Shown in pieces: positions 22,685-24,000 of a stretch of 24,000 bases of DNA. How positions within the stretch are numbered: the stretch's first letter is position 1; every line of letters begins with the position of its first letter. A program made the translations under genes and the position numbers. The stretch covers positions 532,462-556,461 of the forward strand of contig OW818652.1 in assembly GCA_942492895.1 (NCBI GenBank), read 5' to 3'. The notes beneath the pieces are model-generated. The model was given only the letters and a program-made list of their open reading frames with translations, ran no database searches and was not told the DNA's origin. This DNA comes from Candidatus Electrothrix laxa (lineage in GTDB: Bacteria > Desulfobacterota > Desulfobulbia > Desulfobulbales > Desulfobulbaceae).

Positions 22685-23419
22685 ATGATCGACGAATCCA
22701 AACGTTGGCCGGAATCCTTTCCTGATATTTGGGCCTCGGAATGGGGCGAGGATGAATACGGCCTCTGGATGGCCTTTCATTATAAGAAGATCCGCCATGT
22801 CATGCGCTGGATTGAGCCGGGTACCTTTATGATGGGGTCGCCTGAGGATGAGGCGGAGCGTGGGTCTTGGGGAGCAGATGAGACTCTGCATCAGGTGACC
22901 TTGAGTGAGGGCTTTTGGCTTGGAGCGACAACGGTAACTCATGAGTTATGGGAAGCAGTTACGGGAGAAAACCCCAGCGAGTTTAAAGGAGCGCAACGTC
23001 CGGTGGAACAAGTGAGTTGGGAGGGTACGCAAAAGTTTATGGCCCGGCTCAATAAGGAGATTCCCGGTCTTGAGCTCGACCTTCCCACGGAGGCGCAGTG
23101 GGAATATGCTTCTGAAAAGGGCAAATATTGCGGGAAAACTTTTTTTGATATTGAGGAGTTGTCCAGCAATACTTGGGGGTTGCACCAGATGCATGGGGAT
23201 ATGGAAGAGTGGTGCCGGGACTGGTTGGGTGATTATCCATCTGGTCCTGTTGTCAACCCTGTAGGACCGTCTGAGGGTCGTTTCCGTGTGTGTCGCGGCG
23301 GCTCTTGGTACAGCCGCGGCAGGCTTTACCTTTATACTTACCGCTATGGGAATACGCCGGATTACTGCGGTAACGATCTCGGTTTTCGCCTTTCCCGAGG
23401 TCGAACAGGCACGAGGTAG
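22685..23419 (+). CDS. formylglycine-generating-enzyme-like (FGE-sulfatase/SUMF1 fold) protein lacking the catalytic cysteine pair
   Basis: WIEPGTFMMGSP...HQVTLSEGFWLGATTVTHELWEAV...PVEQVSWEGTQKFMARLN...GDMEEWCRDW...RVCRGGSWYSRGRLYLYTYRYGNTPDYCGNDLGFRLSR. ATG 22685 is preceded by AAGGGCGG. The alternative GTG start is at 22664. Confidence 0.85.
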   Translation: MIDESKRWPESFPDIWASEWGEDEYGLWMAFHYKKIRHVMRWIEPGTFMMGSPEDEAERGSWGADETLHQVTLSEGFWLGATTVTHELWEAVTGENPSEFKGAQRPVEQVSWEGTQKFMARLNKEIPGLELDLPTEAQWEYASEKGKYCGKTFFDIEELSSNTWGLHQMHGDMEEWCRDWLGDYPSGPVVNPVGPSEGRFRVCRGGSWYSRGRLYLYTYRYGNTPDYCGNDLGFRLSRGRTGTR

Positions 23420-23508
23420 GGCGCACGGCGTGCCGTGCCCGTTTGCCACCTACCCTACCCCAGGCTGGCTAAATACAGCCCCGTTGGGGCTGGGGAGCCC
23501 TGAAGGGG
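23416..23508 (+). repeat. family-2 composite repeat, copy 3 (modules in a different order)
   Basis: GTAGGGCGCACGGCGTGCCGTGCCCGTTT matches the 3' module of copies 1 and 2. It is followed by CCCCAGGCTGGCTAAATACAGCCCC, which matches the 5' module of copy 1, and a CAGCCCC-GTT-GGGGCTG hairpin. It lies between the FGE-like and Trypco2-like genes. Confidence 0.7.
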
Positions 23509-23536
23509 TTCAATATGTTAATCCAAGGAGGCAGTA

Positions 23537-23944
23537 ATGAGTAAATCAGTCCAATCCATTGAGTTGAAAAACGGCGTTCAGCTTTGGGTAGAGGTGGAAG
23601 ATGTTGATCTCCCAGCAGAGTTGACTACTAGCGGAAAAGAGCAAGAACTTCCTTCAAATATGCCGCCCGGTACCGAGGAGATCGGTTTCAAGGAAAAGGT
23701 AAAGGAGGTCGGAGATAAGGTCAGAGATGTTAATGAGATACTTCGGCAGAGCCTGAGCAGCATCTTTGAGACCGTTGCTGAATCGGTCAAAGAGAAGCAG
23801 CCGGATGAATGGGGTGTGGAGGTGAACATCGGTTTTAAGGGGAAGACTAATCCGATCCCGGTTATCTTGAGCGGTGAGGCTAATGCCTCAATCAAGGTTC
23901 ACGCCAAATGGAGCAAGGATAAACCGGAAGCGCAAAATGGCTGA
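23537..23944 (+). CDS. Trypco2-like (trypsin-co-occurring domain 2; CU044_2847-family-like) protein
   Basis: 135 aa with a strong SD (AAGGAGG). The pattern IELKNGVQLWVEVEDV...helical middle...PDEWGVEVNIGFKGKTN..ILSGEANASIKVHAKW matches my recollection of this family: an N-terminal beta-hairpin (x-dG-v-x-vEv) and a C-terminal (EfG-lk...a-l-V-l-W). No HMM was run. Confidence 0.65.
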   Translation: MSKSVQSIELKNGVQLWVEVEDVDLPAELTTSGKEQELPSNMPPGTEEIGFKEKVKEVGDKVRDVNEILRQSLSSIFETVAESVKEKQPDEWGVEVNIGFKGKTNPIPVILSGEANASIKVHAKWSKDKPEAQNG

Positions 23945-24000
23945 TTGGAAGCGAGCAGTGGCTCGCCTTTACCAGGGGAGGCGGGATGAAGGCGGAGTAT
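23937..24000 (+). CDS. 5' end of an unknown gene translationally coupled to the Trypco2-like gene (runs off the window)
   Basis: ATG 23937 overlaps the upstream stop (ATGGCTGA). It encodes MADWKRAVARLYQGRRDEGGV. Only 21 codons are visible, so function is not assignable. A trypsin-like peptidase would be the expected partner. Confidence 0.5.
   Translation, partial: MADWKRAVARLYQGRRDEGGV

Noticed and set aside
22946-23449. 167-aa minus-strand ORF
   Set aside because: It is antisense to the FGE-like gene and runs into the family-2 repeat, with no motifs.
1-24000. tRNA, tmRNA or rRNA genes, or an integrase or transposase, as anchors for the islands
   Set aside because: I scanned the intergenic regions by eye for tRNA-like T-arm/acceptor patterns and checked the ORF track for recombinase motifs, and found none. 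A proper tRNAscan/Infernal run is still advisable.

Overview
This is a 24-kb chromosomal window. The protein flavour suggests a Desulfobacterota (Desulfobulbales-like) bacterium, but that taxon guess is low-confidence inference. The housekeeping backbone is roughly 55% GC on hand-sampled lines. It carries aspS (5' end cut by the window edge), tatB-tatC, an rlmD-like RNA methyltransferase, two tandem tatA paralogues and trpS. It also carries a lipoprotein 5'-nucleotidase, an in-frame MobB-like/iron-alcohol-dehydrogenase ORF, a CNNM/CBS membrane protein, a DUF2058 protein and hisD. Three accessory patches interrupt this backbone. (i) About 1630-5400 is a visibly AT-rich island directly after the aspS terminator. 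It encodes a COG2509-type FAD protein, a GNAT acetyltransferase, and an orphan 441-aa protein with two nucleoside-deoxyribosyltransferase/TIR-like Rossmannoid domains plus three C-terminal TM helices. A 72-bp relic of the aspS 3' region splits the island. (ii) 5400-8161 holds a 5' relic of an AAA-ATPase/PD-(D/E)xK gene, a vapBC-like cassette whose PIN toxin is interrupted by a 99-bp MITE with a 7-bp target duplication, and an intact 509-aa paralogue of that ATPase-nuclease. (iii) 19840-24000, downstream of hisD, holds a Uma2 nuclease, RelE/Phd and YoeB/YefM modules, and then an FGE-like (cysteine-less) protein, a Trypco2-like protein and an overlapping gene that runs off the window. This last group resembles the computationally predicted, experimentally uncharacterised protease/NTPase conflict systems. 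It and the 441-aa membrane protein are the best candidates for something new. Two families of dispersed palindromic intergenic repeats are present. I saw no rRNA, tRNA, CRISPR array, integrase or transposase gene. All domain calls come from motif recognition by eye, not from searches.
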